Of a stretch of DNA of 64,000 bases, positions 26,288-38,949 are shown in pieces. Below the pieces are notes generated by a model that saw only the letters and a program-made list of their open reading frames with translations, was not told where the DNA came from and did not search any database. The translations under genes and the position numbers were made by a program. The DNA is from Octopus vulgaris (lineage: Eukaryota): NCBI GenBank assembly GCA_951406725.2, contig OX597816.1, forward strand, positions 144,646,001 to 144,710,000. Reading direction: 5' to 3'. Position 1 is the stretch's first letter; each line of letters starts with the position of its first letter.

Positions 26288-27867
26288 TTTGTTTTCTTCT
26301 CACTTACTTGTGTCTCTCCTTACTAACCGTCAGCCATTTTGTATTTCTATTGTATGTCTTCATTTGCGCATGCTTATATCTCTATGTGCGTCTATGTTTA
26401 TTTAGTGTGTGTGGGGGGGATGCCTGTAATATTTGTATCTTCTGGTTATATACATTCTTGTAATTTGTATTTTGTTTTTGTTGTTATTGCTTTTGTTCTA
26501 ATTTTGTTCATGTGTTTACATCCACCCATTATTATCATTACATATGCTTGTATGTATGTATAACAATAATATTAGTAATAATAATAATAAATCTAATCGA
26601 AAAAAAAAAAAAGAAATAAAAAAAAAAAAAAAAAAAAAAAAGAAAAGAATATACATATACATATATATATATACATACATATACATATACATATACATAT
26701 ATATATATACATACATATACACATACATATACATATATATGCACATATACACACATACATACACATATAGATATTCATTTCTATTTCTTTAATTACCTGT
26801 GTATTTATTATGTTTGCAGGATCCACTATTGTCATATGTTGTGGTGTGCGCTATTGCTCCATTCTAGTTTTCTATTCAGGCTAGGTTTATTTTCTATTAT
26901 ATGTGTAGCTTCTGTAATTTGTCTAATTGTTGCATCTGTTCTATGTGTTGACAATATCTTAATCTCTATGTTATTGATTGATCCCCCGTGTTCTTGTTCG
27001 GCGTGTTGGTACAGAATCGATGAGCTTTTACCTTCCTTGAGTTGTCTCCAATGTTCATTCACCCGCTCACCAATGCTTCTTGCATTGGTGAGCGGGTGAA
27101 TGAACATTGGAGACAACTCAAGGAAGGTAAAAGCTCATCGATTCTGTACCAACACGCCGAACAAGAACACGGGGGATCAATCAATAACATAGAGATTAAG
27201 GTATTGTCAACACATAGAACAGATGCAACAATTAGACAAATTACAGAAGCTACACATATAATAGAAAATAAACCTAGCCTGAATAGAAAACTAGAATGGA
27301 GCAATAGCACACCACAACATATGACAATAGTGGATCCTGCAAACATAATAAATACACAGGTAATTAAAGAAATAGAAATGAATATCTATATGTGTATGTA
27401 TGTGTGTATATGTGCATATATATGTATATGTATGTGTATATGTATGTATATATATATATGTATATGTATATGTATATGTATGTATATATATATATGTATA
27501 TGTATATTCTTTTCTTTTTTTTTTTTTTTTTTTTAATTAATTTTTTTTTTTTTCGATTAGATTTATTATTATTATTACTAATATTGTTGTTATACATACA
27601 TACAAGCATATGTAATGATAATAATGGGTGGATGTAAACACATGAACAAAATTAGAACAAAAGCAATAACAACAAAAACAAAATACAAATTACAAGAATG
27701 TATATAACCAGAAGATACAAATATTACAGGCATCCCCCCCCCACACACACTAAATAAACATAGACGCACATAGAGATATAAGCATGCGCAAATGAAGACA
27801 TACAATAGAAATACAAAATGGCTGACGGTTAGTAAGGAGAGACACAAGTAAGTGAGAAGAAAACAAA

Positions 27868-27912
27868 GGACCACTGATGCGGTCACAGGAGTGTGACGAA
27901 AGAACTTTGGCC
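27868..27912 (+). ncRNA. Putative minimal type I hammerhead ribozyme in PLE pLTR (variant core)
   Basis: (gga)CCA CUGAUG-cg GUCACA ggag UGUGAC GAAA gaaCUU UGG(cc). Stem II is perfect, A9 is replaced by C, stem III is very short. Confidence 0.55.
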
Positions 27913-28087
27913 GAAATAAGATTAAGATTAATGTAAAAAATAAATATCACTGAAGCAAAATAACACCAAATATATAGTGCGTGTGTTTTTATTGGCTAAA
28001 CTGGCAATATGACCATTCCGAAATATAACAATATCTGTTTCAACACACGACTTCACATAAAAAATCTTGCACAACAAATATTTAAAC

Positions 28088-28138
<51 letters not shown>

Positions 28139-28742
28139 CATATATATGCTTGTATGTATGCATGTATATGTGCGTGTGTGTCTTTGTGAGCTTGTAATCT
28201 GCATTAAATGTGATGGAACAGTATACAACATCACCAAAACACTGAATATGTAGTACTAATCTCGCTAATATACAAGAAAAATATCATTTACATATGTAAC
28301 TTAGTTACTAATGAAAGATGAAAAATAGATTGTCTGGAGAACATTTAAATCATAATAACTACGGCAGCGTAAAATTTCAAGGGTCAGAAACTTATCAATA
28401 TTTATGCAGCTTCTGCTGTATGCTATGAAGCGATAGTTATCATACTGTCTTTATAAAGTAGTATAGGAACGTTAGTTATTAAACTTTAGACACATAGTGA
28501 CAACACACAGTGGGTATAGCAACCAAACCTTCAAGGGATATATTGCCGCCGCGTAAATGACTAATTAGTGTTAAAATTAGTGATATTCAGGGAGGAGGGG
28601 CGGGGGTGGGGAGAAAAGAAAAGAAAAAGCGTATCGGTGTGGCTCTGATTCCATTTTATTATGTGAAGTATACTCAAGATCTAAACAAAAACACAAGTAA
28701 CAAAATAAAAATAATAAAACCAAAATTTCAATGCCAATATAT

Positions 28743-28748
28743 TTTATT
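28743..28748 (-). terminator. Candidate polyadenylation signal AATAAA of the VWD-PAN gene
   Basis: TTTATT on +, about 250 nt after the stop codon, followed (on -) by a U-rich tract. Confidence 0.45.
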
Positions 28749-28783
28749 TGTATGGAAAACTGAATATTTATAATATTAATGCG

Positions 28784-28842
<59 letters not shown>

Positions 28843-29001
28843 TGTATGTATGTATGCTTGTACGTAAACATGTATATACCTATACCCTGGTTTGCGGTAT
28901 CTGAAACCGGTGTGCGTGTGTGTGTATATGTTATATTGTACCATTACACATCACAAATCATGATCAGTGAATACGTTTGTTTCCAAAAACGTCAGAATTC
29001 A

Positions 29002-29036
29002 TTAGTAGGCCACCCCAGGTAGTGTATCCAAAGTTA
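29002..29036 (-). CDS. VWD-TIL-PAN protein, probable last coding exon
   Basis: Polypyrimidine + tttgcag acceptor, phase 1. Translates VTLDTLPGVAY-stop. Confidence 0.6.
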
Positions 29037-29189
29037 CTGCAAATAGAAAAATTAATATTTATACATATATGTATCATATATCTGCAGGTATTTGAAGGGG
29101 GTCTTCAGTCTATTAAAACTGACGTTACATCACTCTCTCTCTCTCTCTCTCTCTTACACACACACAAGACATATATGTGAATGCATGTA

Positions 29190-29267
<78 letters not shown>

Positions 29268-29849
29268 ATTCTTTAATATATGATAAGTTGACTATCTAGG
29301 CGGTGTTTAATAAGACTTGGGATATTCACGTGCGTCTTTTTGTATTCGTGTAAAATGCTTATGGCGACAGTTACAATGTAGTGTAGTTTGGTTACAGGAG
29401 CACTTATTTAAGCATTGTATGAAGACGTCGAAAAAATTAATTTTCTCTAAACTAGGACAATATCTCTGAGTAGACTTTCATCTTTAAATATAATAAACAT
29501 GTCTAAGACCGTGAGCTGGCAGAATCGTTAGCACGTGGGGGAAAATGGTAAGCGGCAATCTGTCCGTCTCTATGTTCTTAGTTCGAAATCAGCCGGGGTC
29601 AGCGTTACCTTTCATCCTTTCGAGGTCAACAAAATAAGTAACAGTTGACCGACGGAGTCTAAGTAATCGACTTAGTCCCTTCGTGGAAATTGCTGGGCTT
29701 GTATCAAAATTTGAAAGCATTATAATAATGTTATTTAACCAAACGTATTGAGATCTACGTCGGATAATTTTTGCGCTATTTAACATAAATTTAAAAATAT
29801 ACTTTACAACTCTTACATTGCACACAAACACGCACACAATGACAGAACA

Positions 29850-29915
<66 letters not shown>

Positions 29916-29929
29916 GACAGCATTTCATC

Positions 29930-32900
29930 CATCTTTGCATTCTGTAATCCCATAGCACAGTAAAGGAGCAGTGGTAGTTTACTTGATGAGAGACATGTAG
30001 AAGACAATAAAACTAATGGCGACATGACAGATGAACAAAAGGAAATCTACGACAGAATAAACTTATGAGTACAGGAGAACGATAGCAACATTATTTGCAA
30101 CCTTAAAAAGGTTGATCGATGGAAATTGAACCAAGAAACGAAAAATGTCAATGATATTCTGAAATAAATCAGAACAAACAACATCACAGAAACAAATAAT
30201 TTGATCAAGGCAGCAAGTATTGTAATAGAAAATGTGGGTGTTGATGTCAAGAAAAAAGAAACATAATGGGAGTGGCAAAGGAAAATATCCATGGTGGAAA
30301 AGAATAATCCAGGCAGGGTTAGACATGCTCTCGAAGGAAATCTCTGTGTTAGACCGAAAAGAGAAAGGGGAACTTAAAAGCGAACAAAAATACAGGACAC
30401 TGAAAAGGAAGTATAAAGTTAATACTAGATAACATCGAAAGTCAAAGGTTTTGGAGTGACATCTGGAGCTAAGACAAGGAGCACAAGAAGGATGCTGAAT
30501 AGTTGCAAGAACTGAAACAAACAGTAGTCTGTCCCAAAAAGGCAGAACTAGTCATTTTAGTTAGGGAAGTGAAGGAAATCAGAAAAAAAATGAGCAACTG
30601 GAAGGCCTCGGGAGTAGATGGGGTTCCAGGCTACTGGATCAAAAGATTTGGTGAATGTCATGCACGAATAGCTGCGCAACTCAAATCCTTGTTAAATGCC
30701 GACCAAGGTATGCCAGAGTGGTTGACAGTGTAGGACAGTGCTGTGCCTGAAAAACATCGAAAAAGGCAATACAGTTGACAATTACAGGCCGACATCCTGC
30801 TTGCCACTTTTGTGGAAATAATTGACTGGATACCCGCAGAGTCAATGTACGAACATTTGGAAAAAAATGGAGTCCTGTCACATGAGCAGAAGGGTTGCAA
30901 GCGCAAGTGCAGAGGTACCAAGGATCAACTCCTGATAGACAAAACTGTACTTAGGGACTGCAAGAGGAGGAAAACTGACTTAGCCATGTAATGGATCGAC
31001 TATCATAAGGCGTACGATATGATCCCACATTCCTGGATTATGGAGTGTATGAGTCTATTTGGGATTGAATTGAATGTTGAGCGATTGCTTGGAAAAAGTA
31101 TGGCAAATTGCAGGACGGACCTGACAGCATATGGAAGAAGCTTAGGGACAGTAGAAATTAGGAGAGGCATCTTCCAAGGGGACTGCCTGTCCCCATTGAT
31201 CTTTTTCCTGTGCTTGACACCACTAACACTGATTCTGAGGAAATCAAAGGCTGGGTATGTATTCAAAAGCCGCCAACAAAATGTCAACCATTTGTTATTC
31301 ATGGATGACCTCAAACTTTATGGTAAAGATGAAGTCCAAGTCAGTTCCCTCGTTGGTACGGTGTATACCTTCAGTGCTGATATCGGAATGGAGTTCGGAC
31401 TGAGAAAGCGTGGTGTATTAGTCTTGAAGACAGACAAAATCAAATGTATGGACGGGCTAACGATACCGTCGGGTGGAGGTTATGAAGCAGATAGAACGGA
31501 CGGGATATAAGTACTTGGGGATTTCGGAAATGGAAAAATTGATGGAGAAATGACAGAAAAATTTTCAGGTGGAGTACTCGCGCAGACTGAGACTGATCCT
31601 AAAGTCGAAATTAAATGGACGGAATAAGATCGAAGCTATCAACACCTGGGCGGTTTCACTCCTTAGATATGGAGCAGGCGTACTCACATGGAAAGTAGAC
31701 GAACTAATCAGCTAAGACAGAAAGACAAGGAAGTTGCTAACTAGATAAGTGACACAGACAGACTGTATGTACCAAGAAAAAGATGAGGAAGAGAACTTAT
31801 TGGATGCGAACACAGAATTAGATCAGAAGAAAACAACATAGCATGGTATATAAAAATGCCACAGAACCGCAATTATTAGATCTAAGAAGGTCAGGCTTGT
31901 GTAGGATGAAAGATTGCAAAGATAAAGCACTATACAAGAAATTGAAAACAAATAAAACTGAAAATAGGGGGGTAAAGAAAAGAATGCATGGTCAATTTCA
32001 TAGGGATGTTGAAGACAAGACAGACAGAAAAAAAGATGGCTGTGGATGACTAAATGTGATTTAAAACCGGAAACAGAGGCTCTAATCTGTGCTGCCCAAG
32101 AGCAAACACTAAGAACAAACTACATAAAATACAGAATAGACAACGCAGCAGAAAGTGATAAGTGAGGAATCTGTGGACAAAACGGTGAAACCGTATGGCA
32201 TATTACCAGCCAATGTATGCCACTAGCCCAAAAGGAATATAAGAGACGCCACGACAATATAGCCAGGCTTGTCCAGTGGTCGATGGAAAAGGTAGCAGTA
32301 GTACCAATAATTGTCGGAGCCCTGGGAACCTGGGAATAGTGAGCAAAAATCTCGAGAAGTAAGTGGAACAAATAGGGGCTGCGATAAGGGTGGAGCACTT
32401 GCAGAAAACAGCACTGCTTGGAAGCGCTCAAATACTCCGGAAGGTGCTCGAAAATAGGAGCTTTTACCTTAGTTCACTGGTACTGAACAGCTGATACTGT
32501 AATGCATCTCCAGTGTTAGAAGCTGTGGAAATGCAATAATGATATGCCCTAATGCAGTACGAGGCAGTGGCTGTCATGGCCTCTGATCTTAACTGATTGA
32601 AAGTGTTATCATATACATTATTTTGTCTTGTTATAAAATGATGGGCTACAGTAAATATTCTGCCCAGTACCACAGATTTGTTTGTCAGTTGCTTGACTAT
32701 AACCAGTTGAGCACGTCCCTTGGTGGCTGACGATGTGTGCATCTCTGATCACGAGCAGAAGTAGTGGGGTTTATCATAGCCATGTATTGAAAGGAATTCT
32801 TTGCGGTTTGGATAATTCACCTTTGGAAACATGGGTGTTTCGTTCAATAACCTTAAACAACCTTTATTCAGGGACCTTTTGAGTGGGATGGGCTACTGAA

Positions 32901-33094
32901 GAAAATTCTAACTGGACCCCACTTGCAAGATTATGGACAGTTTATCTTGATATGAAGTCCCCATGTATTGCACATACAGTTGTGATGCATGTGCCTGATG
33001 TACCCTTATCAGACGGGTAGTCATGATGGGTATACTGGGCTTCGTATATTTTACTCCTGTGTTACTTCGATGGCATGCACTGCTCTCTCACTCA
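29930..33094 (+). mobile_element. R4/Dong-like non-LTR retrotransposon, degenerate
   Basis: NWKASGVDG, IFQGDCLSP, HLLFMDDLKLY, AAQEQ, RRHDNIA motifs. 3' UTR ends at (TAA)n. Confidence 0.88.
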
Positions 33095-33121
33095 ATAATG
33101 ACGATGATGATGTTGATGATG

Positions 33122-33169
<48 letters not shown>

Positions 33170-33194
33170 GTAATAATAATAATAATAATATTAC

Positions 33195-33254
<60 letters not shown>

Positions 33255-33522
33255 TAATAATAATAATGTTTTCAAATTTTGGTACAAAGCCAGAATTTTA
33301 GAGAAAAAGAAGTAGATTATATCGATGCAGTATTTCACTGGAATTTATTTTATCGTCATGAAAACAAAGCCTACTTCTCGCAGGAATTGAACTCTGAATG
33401 TGAAGGGCAGAAAGAAAAAACTGTAAATCATTTTGTACGACACTAACAATTATGCCAATCCACTGCCCTAATAACAACAAAAATAACAATAACATTAACA
33501 AAATATAATATAAAATATTTAC

Positions 33523-33738
33523 CAGAAAATTTCCAGAACATATTGCCAACTAGGCCATATGTCGTCAAGCCTTTATGTGTGACGCCACATTGTTTGAAAA
33601 ATCTAGAGTATTCCATTGCTTTGCATTTTTTCTCAGAACACTTAGCTTTACACTTTTCTTCACTGTTGATTTTAGAAAACTCATCAAGATGGACACAAGT
33701 TACTATAGTTGCACCCTTGATGAGAACATTTCTGCTTT
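33523..33738 (-). CDS. VWD-TIL-PAN protein exon: second PAN/apple-like domain
   Basis: tttctag acceptor and gtaaat donor, phase 1/1. Translates ESRNVLIKGATIVTCVHLDEFSKINSEEKCKAKCSEKKCKAMEYSRFFKQCGVTHKGLTTYGLVGNMFWKFS (C-x3-C-x4-C...C). Missed by the ORF track. Confidence 0.82.
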
Positions 33739-33859
33739 CTAGAAATAAAAAGAAAAAAATTCTTTTATGCTTTTAGTATATAGATTGATTTAATCGACTG
33801 AGTTTATACTAAGACAATACAGCGAACTAGCTGTTTGTTTAAATATTTCTCTCCAACAC

Positions 33860-33976
<117 letters not shown>

Positions 33977-34179
33977 CATTTAAAAAGTTCTTGATCACTA
34001 AAAATGTTATGAATTATAAGAATTTGGTTATCAAATATGAAAATACCCCCCACCAGAAAAAAATTCTCTTCCCTTTTCATTTTCTTTCAAATATACACTA
34101 TAGTACTATAATTGATTTTACGTAGTGTGAGATCTTAAATGACTTTTGAACCCCGAAAAAGTTTGAAGACCTGATCACA

Positions 34180-36790
34180 AATACTGCAGTGATGTCTCAT
34201 TTCAACATTGGCTCCATTTGCAACTTGTTAAATTATGAATGGTCAAGTTCCGCTTCAATCCCACGAGTGACTTGTAGGTTTTTTGACGGACATTGCATTG
34301 AAACGGGCTATCCAGAATGAAACTATGCGTGCCTCACTCGCATGGGTTCGCTAGTGCTTTCTCATACAAAGCGCAAGTTATGCATACTTTTGTGCATAAA
34401 AATCTAAAGAAGGAATGAGAAACACTCGCAAAGCTACTGATATTAAACTCATTTTTTTAAATATTTATCTTCATTTCAGTGTGTTTAACTCCGTCAGGTT
34501 CAAACTCTTTAACACCGTTATAAATCGTAGATCTCCACGCTTTCCTATCTGGTGCAAGTGATTCAAAACCTTTTTAGAACATAATTGAAGATATTTCAAA
34601 TATTTTAAAGTCTCTATATCCTTTTTCGTCTTACTATTTTTTCTCTTTTCCAGCATAAGTTCATAATAAAACTTTTGTTTGGGAATACGCTCATCGTCCA
34701 TACGGATGAGATAGCCTGTCCATCGTAGTTGATTACTTATAAGAATGACTCGGAATAATGTGATCCTAGCTTCAACAAGAACACCAGTGTCAGAAATGAG
34801 TGAGGACTAGCTAATTCTGAGCATTTGATGGAGATATTTCTGGTAAAATCCTTTCAGCATTGTTAACGTGTGTACAATGTCTACGTTTCTGAAGAATTAC
34901 AAATGTGCAGAAAGAACAAATAAGACATATACCATGATCCTAGATTTAATAAGGTATTGTGACCAGACTTTAGATTTTATGCTTCCAAAGTTTTTTACTG
35001 CCTTTTGAATATAGGAAGTGACTTCCTCGTCCTGGTTCTCATTAACATGTAGTATGCTACCCAGGTATTTAAAAGAACTCACCACTTTAAGCACTGTGCC
35101 CTTTAACTAGTATGTGAGGGCGTTGAATTTTCCTCTAGGGGTAGGTTGAAGCATTACAGCAGGATTTTTTCAAATTAATTGTGAGAACAAATATGTCACA
35201 CGAAAAATCAAATGCATGAATCAGTTTTGAAAGCCTTGCTCACTGTGACTTACTAGGTCACAGTTGTCCATGTATAAAGGACCGAGTACCAGAGAATTAA
35301 AGACCATGGATTTAAAGTTCCTTGTAGTCAGATTAAGCATTACCCGAATAGCGGTATCGCATATAGATGCCAACTGTTGAAGTCACAAATGCATTTGAAA
35401 GAATACCTGCAAAATGTATGGAGAAGAGTGTCGGTATTTAGATCACCTTGCTCAACTCCATTTTCAACCGAAAATGGTTCCAACAGAATCCCACCAAAGT
35501 TAAGTCGAGCCTTCATATTCTTATGGAGAGCCCTGGTTATGTTTATCAACTTTCCAGGACAGCCAAATTTCTTCTGCAACAGTGCATTCCTATTAACCAT
35601 GTCAAAACTTTGCAAAGACCCACAAAACACTGGTACATGTCTATATTTTATTTGTTGCATTTCTCTTGTAGCTTCCGAATAATGAAGATCATATCAACAC
35701 TATCCCTTAAGATGACGAGAAGCCACATTATGACTCCGATACTGCTCTTGGGACAATGAATTTATCAAGGCGATCTCAACGATTATGAGAAAGCACCTTT
35801 CGAATAACTAACATCAAATATATTTCATGAACATTTCCACATAAGTATTTGAGGACAAATTTATATAGGGAAATGAGATTAGCATCTGCCTAGTCTTGAG
35901 GCACTTCCTTTTTTCTCCAGTATTATACAAGGAGTGAAATATTTCCGTCAACCTTTCCCGTCCAAACTTCAAAATTTCCAAACTAATCCATCAATACTCG
36001 GTGTTTATTATTATTGTACTCTTGCAGCTGCTGTATTGGTTCCTCACATAGTTTTTGACAACAGGAAGGCCTACTATTTCCTCAATTATTATCATATTTA
36101 CATTTGATCATTTATTGAGATCAAAATAGCCTTGCACCCACCATTTTTGTATGAATCAGTAAAGTGCTGCTGACTATCAATAGATCACATTGGAGCTATA
36201 CACGTTGATTTAAGGCCAAAAAGATTTCTTTTATATATAAAAAAGAAGGCTTTTGTATAATTACAGCTTATAGAATCTTGCGCGTCTTTTGCTTTTTGGT
36301 GATGCCACTTATCTTTCCTTTTTTCTGAGACTACACTGAATTTTTAATTTAATAGAATTATGCCTCATGTCTTGGTTAGGATTATATGACTTAAATTTTT
36401 TTGGCTTAGTTGTTGCTTTTCATGAAGACGATTAGTAATTTCTAAGTCACTGCCAATAAGCCAATCTGCTACTTTCATAGATCTGTAGCTCAAAGTGAGA
36501 GATACTGCATTATAGACTTGTGATTTGAAATTTTCCCATGGGTTTTCTAGTTCAACGTTTATTGCATCACGAGAATATTGCAGTAAGGAAGAGGAACGAA
36601 AGTTTGCTATATTAATTCTCCTTAGTTTGCCAGAGCCTTCCTTTATAAGTTTGAACTGGATTGAAAAATTAAACTTCCATTGCCTATAATCTCTCCAGAA
36701 TCCTACCCCTCTCATAGCTCGGACACTGCGGAATTTAAATATGGTTACCAAGACATAAGGTACCAGTTCTTAGATCTTGGATACATTCAC
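34180..36790 (-). mobile_element. RTE (BovB-like) LINE, highly degenerate
   Basis: FDMVNR..L.KFGCP.K, NGVEQGD, FKYLGS, MDDERIPKQ..Y.EL motifs. Confidence 0.75.
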
Positions 36791-37465
36791 TGAATGAAAA
36801 TCCTTGCTATCATACATATACAAGTACGCACGCGTGCTTGTGTGTGTGTTGAATATTTTGTATAAAATCATTTTTGTTTTCTATGTTTGCACTGGAACAC
36901 ATAACTATAAATAGAAGACAACTTTCAATATATATTCAGAATATACTATTCATGTTCAATGTGCAAGAACGTTCGTTGTTCATTAAAGTATGAATTTCAA
37001 ATAGTGAGTTATGCTATCTTTACATATTAGATTTCATAAAAAATTAAAATACAAACCATTGCTACTGTGAATAATACCTGCGTTTATAGAATAAATTCTC
37101 TGAGGTCTGATTTCATTCTATACTGCTCATCACTTATGAACGAAAATATAAACAATACGCAAGTCAGCATATTCCTTCGTAATATCAATTAGGTCTCATT
37201 GAAGGTTGTTTCCACTCTCTAAGAAAAACAATTAAATGACCCTCAAATGTTAACTTACTGTATACGCTAATCATATTCAGTGATAAATCCATAATCGTAT
37301 GATCCATGAAACATAAAGTTTCTATCTCTTAAGCGTATTAGATAATGAAATGGAGTAATGCTTGTTAACATATTGATTAGCTTCATAAGTATATTTCATA
37401 CCCAAAATATTAAGATATTCTTCCTAAAAAATTCAAACACCTTTTGTAGTGAAATTCTGACTTAC

Positions 37466-37696
37466 CGATTAATTGAAAATATTCCTTATAGGGACATTCA
37501 CTTGGTTTCAAAGTGACAGTAGCAGCGCTGATATCATATAGTTGGCATTTTTTCTCGAGTTCATCGAAGTTAAATGATTTACATTTTTTATTCTTGAGAC
37601 ATTTGTGAGCACATTGTTCCACATGTTTTTCAGTAGACTCTTCCAAAGGTTTGCCTACTATGTAAGCCACCGTTACCCGAAAGAACCTGTGCAGAA
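37466..37696 (-). CDS. VWD-TIL-PAN protein exon: first PAN/apple domain
   Basis: tttcag acceptor and gtaagt donor, phase 1/1. Translates LHRFFRV...HVEQCAHKCLKNKKCKSFNFDELEKKCQLYD...EYFQLI (classic C-x3-C-x5-CxSFxF-x6-CxL). Confidence 0.9.
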
Positions 37697-37807
37697 CTGA
37701 AATATAGAAGTGCATAAAGAAATATACATGCGTGGGTTTTGTTTCTGCGTGTCTATATGTATATGCGCATGTATGTATGTATGTATGTATGTATGTATGT
37801 ATGTATG

Positions 37808-37841
<34 letters not shown>

Positions 37842-38340
37842 ATGCGATTACTACAATTGCACCATTAGAAAAATATGCTATCCTCAGTTGATTTTAAACA
37901 TAGATTAGAGGTAATAATTTAAAACATTAACATGAATATTGCTTTATTCATCAACAAAAAAATCAAAAATCAAAAACAAAAATATGCTTCTGAATCATCT
38001 ATTGTGAATTTTAAAACTTTAACTTGTGTTATTCTTTTATACAAATACCACGCTTGGAACCATATCAAGTTTGGATATATGACTTGCGATGGATCAGGAA
38101 TCTGCGTGTGTATATTTATATATATGTACGTATATTGATGTACATATGCATATGATTGATATGTGTACGTATGTGTGAGTTTCGACCCTTTCCCCGCGTC
38201 CTGAATGTTAAAATATCTAGATTCTAATGAATGCTACAACTGATTGATTATGTATGTATGTACGTATGTATGTACGTATGTATGTATGTATGTATGTATG
38301 TATGTATGTATGTATGTATGTATGTATGTATGTATGTATG

Positions 38341-38375
<35 letters not shown>

Positions 38376-38949
38376 ATCTATGTGCAAGGATGGTAGAAAA
38401 ATCGGCTCCAAGTAAGTTGGCTTATTTTGTGTAAAAAACGTTTTATTTGTGAAATATTTTTTGTGAAAGAGGTCTAAAACCATCTCCTTCAACCCCAGTA
38501 AATCTTGTAATAGGAAATCACTCCACTTGGAGTAAATTTCCAATACTTTAAAAAAATTTTCTTCAGTTTCCTTGCCATATTTCTAAAAGAAAATGGCTAA
38601 GCCGACCCGTGAAGCCGACTTCCCGCCTCTACCAAAGTCAGAGGCGAAGGAGGTTGAAACCAAAGCCGTTCCGCTTAAACGCACACAGGTTTTAGAAAAT
38701 ACGTTCAAAGGAGCGAATACGTTTACTACTATAAACACTGCCTCCACCACTGCTACCACCACTACCGCCATGGAGCAACCGAATCGGGTCATCCAGATCG
38801 TATTTAGATAGAGTATTCTGTAGCTTAGTGAATAAGGATAGTGTAGGTTATCCACAATTCCATATTGTCAGCTACACAGATCACAAATTTGTGACTTATA
38901 CACTTGATTTAGATAAGACACATAGGTCTCTGGAAGTTGAACGCGTCGT

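Larger units (their letters stand above)
26121..28034. mobile_element. 1.9-kb palindrome: two head-to-head copies of a PLE 3' end (GIY-YIG C-terminus + pLTR)
   Basis: Arms 26121-27076 and 27082-28034 with a 5-nt loop TTCTT. Each arm encodes IGERVNEH...LYQHAEQEH...RQITEATHIIENKPSLNRK (GIY-YIG R..EH, EA..I, PxLN). Confidence 0.9.

Noticed and set aside
13695-29002. Functional protease/inhibitor pairing of the two convergent genes
   Set aside because: Only adjacency supports it, and the TIL domain lacks the cysteines that frame the inhibitory loop.
33023-33338. Poly-Asn/Ile/Leu ORFs (also 18642-18960, 56204-56392)
   Set aside because: Trinucleotide microsatellites (TAA)n/(CTA)n.
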